A stretch of DNA of 64,000 nucleotides from contig CAWFQB010000005.1 in NCBI GenBank assembly GCA_963817895.1, positions 288,001 to 352,000 on the forward strand, given 5' to 3'. A program made the translations under genes and the position numbers. The notes under the pieces are model-generated. The model was not told where the DNA came from and ran no database searches. It saw nothing but the letters and a program-made list of their open reading frames with translations. The DNA is from an uncultured Chthonomonadaceae bacterium (GTDB taxonomy: Bacteria; Armatimonadota; Chthonomonadetes; Chthonomonadales; Chthonomonadaceae). Positions 31,078 to 40,700 of this stretch are shown here, piece after piece (position 1 is the first letter of the stretch; every line of letters starts with the position of its first letter).

Positions 31078-32142
31078 ATGATCCCAGTGATACTTTTCCT
31101 TCTCTTCTTCGGCTTCATCATCTATGCCGGTATCGCGGCCAATCGGCAGTTGATTCAGAAACGGCAGGGATTTACGGCGCAGATGGATGCGCTGGCGACG
31201 CAGATGAACGGCCTGTACGCGCAGAGCCGCGCACTCGACCCTGGCACAATCGGGCGCGTGGACGAAGCGCGGGCCGCTGTGGATGCCAAACTCAATCAGG
31301 CGCGAAGCCTGCTGACGGCTGCGACCAAAGACCGGCATTTTGAGCGTATTCAGCGTATTCTCGCGCAGGTACAGGCCAAACTGGGGAATGTGCAGGCGGG
31401 TATCGGGCGGGCGCAGGCGCGGGCGGACGCCCGCGTTCAGCGGCAAACCGAAGCGGAACAGCGCCGGACGGACGCGCGACAACAGCGGCAGGAGGAATCT
31501 CGCATGGGAAAAGCCACGCAGCGGGTCAGCAGAGGCTCGTTCGCGCCGCCCGCGCAAATCACGAACGCGCAAACCGATTGGAACACGATGCCCACGAATG
31601 AACGCGGCGTATGTTTCTTCTGCTCCCGACCCTGTCTGCTGCGCGAACTGACGCCCGTGACCGTTCCCATTGGCGGACAGGCGCGGCAGGTTCTCGCGTG
31701 TCCGCAGGATTTAACGGCAATTCGGGCGGGAAACCTGCCGCCCATCCGCGCTTTCGAGAGGAATGGGCAGCGCGTTCCCTGGTACGCTTACGACCGCTAC
31801 AACCCCTACCACGACTACTACATTGACCATTTTGACCAGGACATTTATCTGAACCGCTTTGCCTTCGACATGATTGAGTCGATCTACTGGAATTTCAACA
31901 CACCTTATGCCTATGACAACGGCCCCGCGTATGTGTTTTCCCCGCAGGCCGAGCCGTATCAAGACTACATGAGCGCGAACGCCGCCGGTTCCATAGACCC
32001 CAACCAGAATGTCGGCGGCATGGATTTTACCAATGATGGCAGTGGCGTAGGCGGCGTAAATTTTGGTGACACGGCAGCCGGAGTGGGCGGCGTGGATTTC
32101 GCAGGTAATGCCGACTTTGCGGCGGGGCAGGATGTATCCTGA
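31078..32142 (+). CDS. Hypothetical membrane-anchored protein (coiled coil, CxxC..C cluster, GGxDF-repeat tail)
   Basis: N-terminal TM, Gln/Ala-rich helices, CFFCSRPC...LACP, Tyr/Asp-rich segment and VGG[MV][DN]F repeats. Confidence 0.75.
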   Translation: MIPVILFLLFFGFIIYAGIAANRQLIQKRQGFTAQMDALATQMNGLYAQSRALDPGTIGRVDEARAAVDAKLNQARSLLTAATKDRHFERIQRILAQVQAKLGNVQAGIGRAQARADARVQRQTEAEQRRTDARQQRQEESRMGKATQRVSRGSFAPPAQITNAQTDWNTMPTNERGVCFFCSRPCLLRELTPVTVPIGGQARQVLACPQDLTAIRAGNLPPIRAFERNGQRVPWYAYDRYNPYHDYYIDHFDQDIYLNRFAFDMIESIYWNFNTPYAYDNGPAYVFSPQAEPYQDYMSANAAGSIDPNQNVGGMDFTNDGSGVGGVNFGDTAAGVGGVDFAGNADFAAGQDVS

Positions 32143-32166
32143 GAGACAATATACAGGGAGGCAACT

Positions 32167-32871
32167 ATGATCCATACTTCCTTATTAGGAATCGGCCTTT
32201 ATACTATGCCGGAGGCAGCCCGTCTCCTGCGCGTTGATTCTCGTACCCTGCGGCGTTGGGCGGAGGGGTATTCTCAAGTTTCACAGATAAGCAGACGTGC
32301 CGCCGACCCTGTAATCCATCGCGACCTTGTCTCTCTTGAAGGAGAGGCTCTATTGACATTTACGGATTTGCTGGAATTGTACATGGTGGCCCTGTTTCGC
32401 AGTGAGAACGTCAGCCTGCAAACAATCCGGGCTGCCGCCGACAAAGCGGCGCGGCTTTTTGATACCAATCACCCCTTTGTGGTGAAACAATTTGAAACGG
32501 ATGGGCGGCATATATTTGCCACCTTAGAGGAGGAGGGTATTGCAGGGCTGACGCAACAGCAAATGATTGCTGATCTAAATCTGAGCCAAATGGTCATTGC
32601 CAGTATTGTGCGTCCCTTTTTCCGCAGGATTGAATTTCAGGACTCTGAACCTATTCGTTACTGGCCGATGGACAGGGAGGGGCGCGTGGTACTCGACCCT
32701 CAACGCGCCTTTGGAAAGCCGATTGACGCGCTCACCGGCGTTCCAACCGCCGCTCTTTATGCAATGGCGCGCAACGGCGAACCTTTTCAAAGCGTTGCGG
32801 ACTGGTACGAGATTGACGTTGAGGCCGTAGAAGCCGCTGTAAATTTTGAACACTCCTTGAAGGCGGCATGA
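32167..32871 (+). CDS. HTH + DUF433 antitoxin (VapB45-like)
   Basis: GLYT..EAARLL....TLRRW HTH, LTF.DLLE and VVLDPQRAFGKP...GVPT. Confidence 0.85.
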   Translation: MIHTSLLGIGLYTMPEAARLLRVDSRTLRRWAEGYSQVSQISRRAADPVIHRDLVSLEGEALLTFTDLLELYMVALFRSENVSLQTIRAAADKAARLFDTNHPFVVKQFETDGRHIFATLEEEGIAGLTQQQMIADLNLSQMVIASIVRPFFRRIEFQDSEPIRYWPMDREGRVVLDPQRAFGKPIDALTGVPTAALYAMARNGEPFQSVADWYEIDVEAVEAAVNFEHSLKAA

Positions 32872-33248
32872 CCTACTTTTTCGATAATAATATCTCACCG
32901 AAATTGGTCGGCATTCTCAAGCTGCTTGACGTGGACGTATTGCATTTGAAAGACGTTTTTCCTGAAAACGAGAAGGATGTAGATTGGCTGCCACGCGCCG
33001 GGGAAGAAGGTTGGATAGTTGTCACTGTTGACCATGCTATTCGTCACAGAGCAGCAGAGTACGAGGCGCTGAAACGAAGCCGCGTCACCGTGCTGTTCCT
33101 GGCAAAAGGATTTTTGAAACGTACCAGGTGGCTGCAAGCGCAATGGCTTGTAAGCAAGTGGCCCAAAATTGAGGAGCAAGCCCAAAAGCTCCGACCTGGA
33201 ACCCTTATGGAAGTGAATGACAACGAAAAATTTGTTCCATTCGCGTAG
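32868..33248 (+). CDS. PIN-like toxin (VapC45/DUF5615-like)
   Basis: FFDNNIS, KDVDWL and GWIVVTVDHAIR. ATGA overlap with the DUF433 gene. Confidence 0.85.
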   Translation: MTYFFDNNISPKLVGILKLLDVDVLHLKDVFPENEKDVDWLPRAGEEGWIVVTVDHAIRHRAAEYEALKRSRVTVLFLAKGFLKRTRWLQAQWLVSKWPKIEEQAQKLRPGTLMEVNDNEKFVPFA

Positions 33249-33284
33249 TCTGTTTGTGTTTGTGGCGCAGAATGGAGTTCTCTT

Positions 33285-34370
33285 ATGACGCGGCGACCTC
33301 GCCTGCTGTTTTATGCCGTGAACGGGTTGGGATTGGGACATGTCACGCGCTTGATCGCTATTGCCCGTCAGGTTCGGCGACAGGTTCCCGAAGCGGAAAT
33401 CGTGTTTTTGACCTCGTCCGAGGCCGAAAGCGTGATTTACCGGGAAGGCTTTGCCGCGTTCAAAGTGCCTTCCAAAACCCTGCGCGCGGAAGCCAATATT
33501 CGCCCCGCCACGTATGCCCGCCTGCTGCAAACCCTTGTTCTCAACCTTGTGGCCGCGTTCAACCCGCATGTGCTGATTGTGGATACATTTCCCGCCGGTG
33601 TGATTCAGGAACTGCTGCCTGTCTTGCGGTGGGACGGGCGCAAGGTATTTGTGTACCGGGCGCAGCGGCTGGAAATCGCCCACTCGCCCCTGATGCAGAA
33701 CACGCTGCAACTGTATCACCTTGCCATTGTGCCGCACTATGAGAATGAGGAAGACACGCCCCTCCCCGATGGCCTGCCCGCCGTATGGACAGGGCCGATT
33801 CTGATACGGGATCGAAGCGAGGCTAAATCTCGCGAAGACGCCCGCCGGATACTGAACCTGCCTTTGGACATTCCCATTGTCTACATCACGTTCGGCGGGG
33901 GCGGGGATAAAGAGATGAACCGCGCCCTGCATCTGGCAACGGACGCGCTTGCCGGTTTAACGAATGTGCATCTCGCGGTCGCCTGCGCGCCTTTATATCG
34001 AGGCGATATGCCGCGCTCTGCGAATATTACCCTCGTGGATTACTACCCGATGGCTGAATTATACGCCGCTTTTGACGCCGCTATCTCCGCGACAGGCTAT
34101 AACACCACGATGGAACTGCTGCATCATGGCGTACCCACCGCGTTTATCCCCTTTGCACGACAGGTAGACGATCAGGAGGCCCGCGCCCGCCACATTGCCG
34201 CTGTCGGAGCCGGATTGCTGCTGCCCATTCTGGAAGCCGAACCCTTGCGCAACGCGGTGACGCGCCTGCTGGATTCGGAAGTCGCCGGGGAAATGCGCCT
34301 TGCTGCTCAGGAACTGGTTCCCGACAGCGGAGCCGAACGCGCCGCAACAGCGATATTGAACTTGCTTTGA
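33285..34370 (+). CDS. GT-B glycosyltransferase (GT28 C-terminal-like)
   Basis: NGLGLGHVTR, ITFGGGGD, ATGYNTTME and DDQEARA. Confidence 0.9.
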   Translation: MTRRPRLLFYAVNGLGLGHVTRLIAIARQVRRQVPEAEIVFLTSSEAESVIYREGFAAFKVPSKTLRAEANIRPATYARLLQTLVLNLVAAFNPHVLIVDTFPAGVIQELLPVLRWDGRKVFVYRAQRLEIAHSPLMQNTLQLYHLAIVPHYENEEDTPLPDGLPAVWTGPILIRDRSEAKSREDARRILNLPLDIPIVYITFGGGGDKEMNRALHLATDALAGLTNVHLAVACAPLYRGDMPRSANITLVDYYPMAELYAAFDAAISATGYNTTMELLHHGVPTAFIPFARQVDDQEARARHIAAVGAGLLLPILEAEPLRNAVTRLLDSEVAGEMRLAAQELVPDSGAERAATAILNLL

Positions 34371-34393
34371 ACTTATTTGAAGTTGGAGTTGAT

Positions 34394-35158
34394 TCAGGGT
34401 TGAAGTTTGCGGAGGAGGGCGGCGAGTCGTTCGGGGTCGTCGCGGAGCAGAACGGCGAGTTGCTTGCCCGCCCGCACCAGAAAGGCGAATTCGTGGTCAC
34501 GGCACTCATAAATATGGAACAGGCAGGCGGCAAGCAGTTCGTCGGGGTGAACTTCCGAAGAGGCGGACAGCATCTGGCGGACGAAATCGGGGGTTTCGGA
34601 AAGGGCGCGAGTTTCCAGACAATCGCAGGCTTCTACAAACGCATGTAGGCGCGGCGGGAAGGGCGGCAGGCCGGGACGAACGCGCCCGTTGCGCACATAG
34701 CCGAAGGGAATGGCAATAAACTCAGTTGCCAGCAGATCGAATATCTGCGGCTGTTCCCGTTGCAGCGCGTCCTCTTCCAGCCCATAGGCCGAAGCGCGGC
34801 GACCCAAATCCGCGCTTCCGGTCGAGGACGCGCAAACCAGAGCGTATAAAGTCTGTTCGGGAACGCCCGCGTCCAAAGACGCGATAGGCGTGGCAGGCGG
34901 ATCGGCAAACGGGTCTTCATCCTCCCTTAATGCCGCAGACGAGGAGGACGGCAGCCCGTTGGAACCGGGCGCAGTTGTAACAGGCGCGGCGTGGGCAAGC
35001 GCGGCGGGTACGCGGGTTCCGGGCGGCATCACCTTTACGAACGTGCCAAGCGCGGGCGGCTGATGCAGGCGCGTTCGCGGGCATTGCGCCACAAAACGGG
35101 TGGTGCTCGCCTCGATGATTTCACCGACTCTGCCGGAGGAAAGGAGTGAATCTGGCAT
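34394..35158 (-). CDS. Stand-alone HAS-barrel domain protein
   Basis: GEIIEASTT.FVAQC, PPALGTFVKV, YALV, REQPQIFDLL.TEF and PP.PPRLH.FV, resembling the stand-alone HAS-barrel proteins I recall from cyanobacteria and Chloroflexi. Confidence 0.7.
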   Translation of the reverse strand: MPDSLLSSGRVGEIIEASTTRFVAQCPRTRLHQPPALGTFVKVMPPGTRVPAALAHAAPVTTAPGSNGLPSSSSAALREDEDPFADPPATPIASLDAGVPEQTLYALVCASSTGSADLGRRASAYGLEEDALQREQPQIFDLLATEFIAIPFGYVRNGRVRPGLPPFPPRLHAFVEACDCLETRALSETPDFVRQMLSASSEVHPDELLAACLFHIYECRDHEFAFLVRAGKQLAVLLRDDPERLAALLRKLQP

Positions 35159-35166
35159 AAAAGCGT

Positions 35167-35814
35167 TCAGGGATGTATCGTAATAACAGAGTGCGCCGGA
35201 ATAGCAGGCATGTCGGCGGGAAACGACAGGTTGTGAGCGCGCTGATAAAAGGAAGCCCGCTTTGCGGATTGCGCTTTCACTGTGTCGCCCGCATCGTTCA
35301 CCACTTGCGCGTGTGGCAGATAATGAATGTCGGCAACAGACTTCGCCCCGCCCGCGTTGCGCAGTTCGCCGATTTTGCGCGGCGCCGAGCCGATAAACGT
35401 CTCATACAAATCTATGTCGCAGTTTTCGCCCAGGCAGTCTTTCGCTTCGCGCCACGCGGACAGGGCGATACGATCCATGTTCCAGGGTTCCAGACGGGCG
35501 GGACACATCAGCTTGATGCGATTACGCGCGTGACTAATCTCCTCAAAGCGGGCGCGGACGGCCATTTTTGGCTCGTGCATACGAAAACGCTCCGTAAACC
35601 GTTCGGCGAACAAATCCTGGCGCTGTGCCGAAGTCATGGGCGGCTTATCCCCCGCATGGGCGGCAATCTCCTGATGAATGGCGGCAGGAACCGGCGACTG
35701 CATCAGGGCGGCGTCCATCGGATCCGCCTCGGCGTCATGGAGGGACGCGCAGTACGCGCAGAACATGGCGACGCTTACCACTCCCATTATGCCAGGAAAC
35801 CAGATTTGTTTCAT
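35167..35814 (-). CDS. Hypothetical exported/membrane-anchored protein
   Basis: Hydrophobic N-terminus and GAGGAG RBS before ATG 35814. Confidence 0.7.
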   Translation of the reverse strand: MKQIWFPGIMGVVSVAMFCAYCASLHDAEADPMDAALMQSPVPAAIHQEIAAHAGDKPPMTSAQRQDLFAERFTERFRMHEPKMAVRARFEEISHARNRIKLMCPARLEPWNMDRIALSAWREAKDCLGENCDIDLYETFIGSAPRKIGELRNAGGAKSVADIHYLPHAQVVNDAGDTVKAQSAKRASFYQRAHNLSFPADMPAIPAHSVITIHP

Positions 35815-36194
35815 TCTCACGCTCCTCTATGTGAAGCCCGTTAAGCCCGATACCCCCAACAGCACAGCGCAGTATACTCATATTGTACGCGATTGCCCCG
35901 CAATGCTATTCAATTTATCGGGAGGGGCGCGAAATTCCTGCGTCTTTTTTATAAAATATTGAAAAATAGTTGTGGCGCAAACGCCCGCAAACCGGGAACA
36001 AACCATCGTTCCGGGCCGTCTTCTACACCTAAGCGAACAGTTCGCTTTTTGCTGCCCCTCCCTTTCGATGTTTTCAGGCGGCAGCCACCCTTATAGCCTC
36101 CGCCACCTCGTGACATTCCGTTTTGTTTTTCTCACGCGGGGCGCTGAACGCCGTTCCCACCGGAACGCAACCGCATTATCAGGAGAAATCGCGA

Positions 36195-36512
36195 ATGGCA
36201 CGAAAAGCATCACCCACCCAACCGTCACAAGCCCCCGCTGAGATGGAAACCGACAGCAACGAACAGGGATCGGAACACGGAGGGCGCGGCTGGCACGGTA
36301 ACCCCGAAGGCCACGCTTCCGCAGGGCGCAAAGGCGGCGCGAAAGTGTCTCAGGACCGCGAACACATGGCTGAAATCGGCAAAAAAGGCGGCTCCCGCGT
36401 GGCGCAGGACCGCGAACACATGGCTGAAATCGGGCGCAAGGGCGGCGCGAAGGTGTCGCAGGATCGCCAGCACATGGCCGAAATCGGCAAAAAAGGCGGC
36501 GAAAGCCGTTAG
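36195..36512 (+). CDS. KGG-repeat general stress protein (GsiB/YciG-like)
   Basis: Repeated QDREHMAEIG[KR]KGG units and AGGAG RBS. Confidence 0.93.
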   Translation: MARKASPTQPSQAPAEMETDSNEQGSEHGGRGWHGNPEGHASAGRKGGAKVSQDREHMAEIGKKGGSRVAQDREHMAEIGRKGGAKVSQDRQHMAEIGKKGGESR

Positions 36513-36546
36513 GAATTATTCACCACCCGCCTGTGTCTCTGTGTCT

Positions 36547-37149
36547 CTAGCCGCAGGCAGGTGGTTCGTTAAATTTACAGGGCAGGCGGAGGGCGCGGCG
36601 CAGGCGGTCGTAATACTGGCGGTGCGGGATTTCGATTGCGCCCAGGCTTTGCAGGTGCGGCGTCAGGTATTGCACATCCAACAGCGTGAAGCCCCGCTCA
36701 TTCAAATGTGATACTAGAGCGTGAAGGGCCACTTTGGAAGCGTCCGTTTCCCGGTGGAACATGCTTTCCGCCATAAACGCGCCGCCCAGACTCACTCCAT
36801 ACGTTCCCCCGACAAGCTGCCCATTGCGCCAGGTTTCCACACAGTGCGCTTTGCCCATGCGGTGCAGTTCTCCATACAGGGCGATGAACTCTTCCGAAAT
36901 CCACGTTCCCTCTTCCCGGTCGGCGCAACCGCGCATCACGCCCTCAAAGTCCGTATCCACGCGCGTCTCAAACACGCCCTGCCGAATGGTTCTGGCAAGC
37001 GAACGCGACGTGTGAAATCCGTCCAGCGGCATAATCGTACGCGGGTCGGGCATGTACCAGCGCAGTTCGTCAATGTCGTCGTGGTACATCGGAAAGATGC
37101 CCCGACGGTACGCGAATTCAATTCCGGCAGGCGTGAAGGTTAGGAACAT
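36547..37149 (-). CDS. aat: Leucyl/phenylalanyl-tRNA--protein transferase
   Basis: AYRRGIFPM, PDPR, TWIS, LVGGTYGV, ESMF..TDASKVAL and DVQYLT.HL.SLGA. Confidence 0.95.
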   Translation of the reverse strand: MFLTFTPAGIEFAYRRGIFPMYHDDIDELRWYMPDPRTIMPLDGFHTSRSLARTIRQGVFETRVDTDFEGVMRGCADREEGTWISEEFIALYGELHRMGKAHCVETWRNGQLVGGTYGVSLGGAFMAESMFHRETDASKVALHALVSHLNERGFTLLDVQYLTPHLQSLGAIEIPHRQYYDRLRRALRLPCKFNEPPACG

Positions 37150-37162
37150 GGCAGGTAGGGAT

Positions 37163-37229
37163 GAGATACGAGATACGAGATACGAGTAAAAACTAGAGCC
37201 TCGTATCTCGTATCTCGTATCTTGTATCT
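37163..37229. repeat. Inverted heptamer tandem arrays (GAGATAC)n / (CTCGTAT)n
   Basis: Three or more copies at 37163-37186, mirrored at 37200-37229. The same heptamer occurs at ~9990-10005. Confidence 0.85.
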
Positions 37230-37566
37230 AAATCAAACAAACCGGCAGCGTGAACGTCCCATCGGCATTGGGCGGGAAGGGGACGGTTTGGGTGACGGCG
37301 GATGTGTTCAATGGGCCGTAGATGTGCGGGTAGGTGCCGCCATTGGCCGCGAGTTCATATTTGATTTCGGATTGTACCTGATGGGCATCAATGACAAGCA
37401 GAATGAGATTGGTTTGTCCGTGAAAGAAATTTATGGCCGTCTTCGCCGCCTGCGCGGGCGTGGAACAGTGGATAAAGCCTTCGGTGTCTAAACTTGCCGC
37501 GCGGTACTCCCCGCTCGTCTGCGCGGTTTGCCAGTCTTCAGGCGTACAAATATGCAGCAGCGTCAT
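37228..37566 (-). CDS. DUF952 domain protein
   Basis: SLDTEGFIHCST and YPHIYGPLN..AV. Confidence 0.93.
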   Translation of the reverse strand: MTLLHICTPEDWQTAQTSGEYRAASLDTEGFIHCSTPAQAAKTAINFFHGQTNLILLVIDAHQVQSEIKYELAANGGTYPHIYGPLNTSAVTQTVPFPPNADGTFTLPVCLI

Positions 37567-37782
37567 ACGTTCTCCCTGTTGTTTGCGCTTGTTGAAATTA
37601 TATACGCCTGTGTTTACGCGCTTGTCGCGTCCGGCGCGTTAAATATCCGAGGGTTATTAAGGTGACGGCGCGTTTATGGCGCGCGTCCATGCAGGAATCA
37701 TCCCTGCGCAAGCGCAATACTGTACTATTCTACACTGCTTTTCAAAATTGTTCCAAAACTGTTTTCAAGGGAGTTTGTCTCG

Positions 37783-40700
37783 ATGTTGATTGGACTTTCC
37801 GCTTTGCTGCTACATGCCATGCCTGTGGCGCGTCTTCATGCCGCGCCCCGCGCCGATATGCGCGTTGCAAATCTGCGCTGCGAGTATCTGCCGAACCCGC
37901 TTGCGATTGAAACCACGCGCCCGCGTTTGTACTGGACGCTTGAGTCGAAACAGCGCAATCAGACGCAGTCGGCGTATCAGATTCTGGTGGCAAGCGCGCC
38001 CGAAGAACTGAAAGCCGACCGGGGAGATTTGTGGGACAGCGGCAAAGTTGTGTCCGACCAGTCCATTCACGTCGCGTATAACGGGAAGCCGCTCCATTCC
38101 GGGCAGGCCGCGTGGTGGAAAGTGAAAACCTGGGACAAACAGGGGCGCGAGTCGGCGTTCAGTTCGCCCGCGCATTGGGAAATGGGCATGTTGTCGCCGG
38201 GGGATTGGAAAGCGCAATGGATCGGGATGCCCGCGTCTGCCGCTGCCAACAACGCGAATATCTGGCAGAACGCGAAATGGATATGGTATCCCGAAGGCAA
38301 CCCGCGCCAATCGGCTCCGGCAGGAAACCGCTTGTTCCTGCGCTCTTTTCCGATACGCGCGAACGCGACCGTAGCAAAAGCGGAACTCATCGGGATTGTG
38401 GACAACTCTTTCGAGGCGTTCGTCAATGGCAAGCGCGTTGGTTCGCAGTCCGGCTGGCAATCCCCCGCCCGCATAGACATTAAAGACAGGCTGAAGCCGG
38501 GTGACAATACCGTCGCCCTTGTCGCCAACAACACGGATGGGCCGGCGGGCCTTGCGGCTGTGGTTTCCATTACCTACGCGGACGGCAACGTAACTCGCGT
38601 CGCTACCGGTAAAGACTGGCAGGCAAGTAAGGACGAGGCGAAACCCAGCAGTTCCGCAAGCGCGACTGCCGCCCTGCTTCCCGCGATGGAAATCGCCAAC
38701 ATCGGGGACGCGCCCTGGGGGATGCCGGGAGGAACGGCGATAGACCGTCCTGCCCCCTATCTGCGCAAAACTTTTACCGTTGGCAAGCCCCTGCGTTCCG
38801 CCCGCGTGTACGCGACCGCGCAGGGATTGTACAAACTCAGTTTCAACGGCAAGCCTGTCAGTCAGGATATTTTCCGCCCCGGCTGGACGGATTACAACAA
38901 GCGCATTCAGTACCAGACGTATGATGTGACCCATCTGCTGCAATCCGGCAACAATGCGGTTGGCGTTGTATTGGGTGACGGCTGGTTCTGCGGGCATGTC
39001 GGATTGACGGGCGGCAACAACTACGGGACGCAGCCCCGCGCCTTTGTCCAACTGCATCTCACCTACACGGATGGCACATCCGAAACCGTCGTTTCCGATG
39101 GCTCGTGGAAAGCCGCAAATGGCCCCATACTGCGCGACGACCTGCTGGACGGCGAAACCTACGACGCTCGCAAAGAAATGCCCGGCTGGAATACGGCGGA
39201 GTTCGATGACCATTCGTGGCAGCAGGCAGAGGAAGAAAAGGAGAAAAGGAGAAGAGGAGAAGAGGAGACAAATCTCTCCACTCTCCACTCTCCACTCTCC
39301 ACTCTCCTCGTGAGCCAGCCTGACCAATCAGTTGAGAAGGTGGAGGAGTTGAAGGCGCGGAGCGTGGCGGAAAAACCGAAGAGCGCGTATGTGTTCGATC
39401 TGGGGCAGAACATGGTGGGATGGGCGCGGATTAAGGTAAAGGCGGAAGCGGGAACGGTTGTCCGGGTCCGGTTTGCCGAAATGCTCAACCCCGATGGCAC
39501 GATTTATACCACGAACCTGCGCGGGGCGAAGGCGACGGACTATTATACGTGCCGGGGCGGGGGAAATGTGGAAACGTGGGAGCCGTCGTTCACCTTTCAC
39601 GGCTTCCGGTATGTGGAATTGACGGGATTGGACAGTAAACCGGGATTGGATGCCGTGACGGGAGTGGTGATTACGTCCGCAACCCCTCCGGCGGGAACCT
39701 TCGCGTGTTCCAGCCCGCTTGTCAACCAATTGCAGCACAACATCGTGTGGGGACAGCGGGGCAACTATCTGGAAGTGCCGACGGATTGCCCGCAGCGCGA
39801 CGAGCGATTGGGATGGATGGGCGACGCGCAGATTTTCGTTCGCACCGCCACGTACAACAGCGACATTGCCGCGTTTATGACCAAGTGGACACAGGACGTG
39901 GTGGACGCGCAATCGCCGGACGGAGGATTTTCGGACGTGACGCCACGCATGGGCGACAGGTCGGACGGCGCTCCTGCCTGGGGCGACGCGGGCGTTATCG
40001 TGCCCTGGACGATTTACCGCTGCTACGGCGACACGCGACTGGTGGCGGAGCGTTACCCGGCCATGCAAAAGTGGATCGAATACATCCGCTCCGCCAATCC
40101 CGATTTCATCTGGCGCAAACGGGCCAACAACAATTTCGGCGACTGGCTCAACGTGCAGTCCGACACGCCCCGCGAAATTCTGGCGACCGCGTACTTCGCG
40201 TATGACACCAAACTGATGGCGCAGATGGCGCGGGCAATTGGCAGGGAAGAGGACGCGAAACAGTACGAAGCGTTGTTCGCCAACATTAAAGCCGCGTTCA
40301 ATCGGGAGTTCGTCGGGGTGGACGGCAGAATCAAGAGCGACACGCAGACGGCGTATGTGCTTGCTCTGCGGTTCGGATTGCTGCCGGAAGCAAAGCGCGA
40401 AATCGCCGCCCGGTATCTCGTGGACGACATCGTAAACAAGCGCAAGGGTCATTTATCTACCGGGTTTTTGGGAGTCGGGTATTTGACCCCAACCCTGACG
40501 CAGACCGGGCATCTGGATGTGGCGTATCGCCTGCTCAACAATGACACGTATCCGTCATGGGGCTATTCCATCCGGCAGGGCGCGACGACAATCTGGGAAC
40601 GCTGGGACGGCTGGACGGAAACCAAAGGCTTTCAAGACCCTGGCATGAACAGTTTCAACCACTATTCGCTTGGTTCGGTTGGGGAATGGATGTATGCCAG

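Noticed and set aside
36320..36505. 60-bp DNA tandem repeats
   Set aside because: Fully explained by the 20-aa KGG protein repeats.
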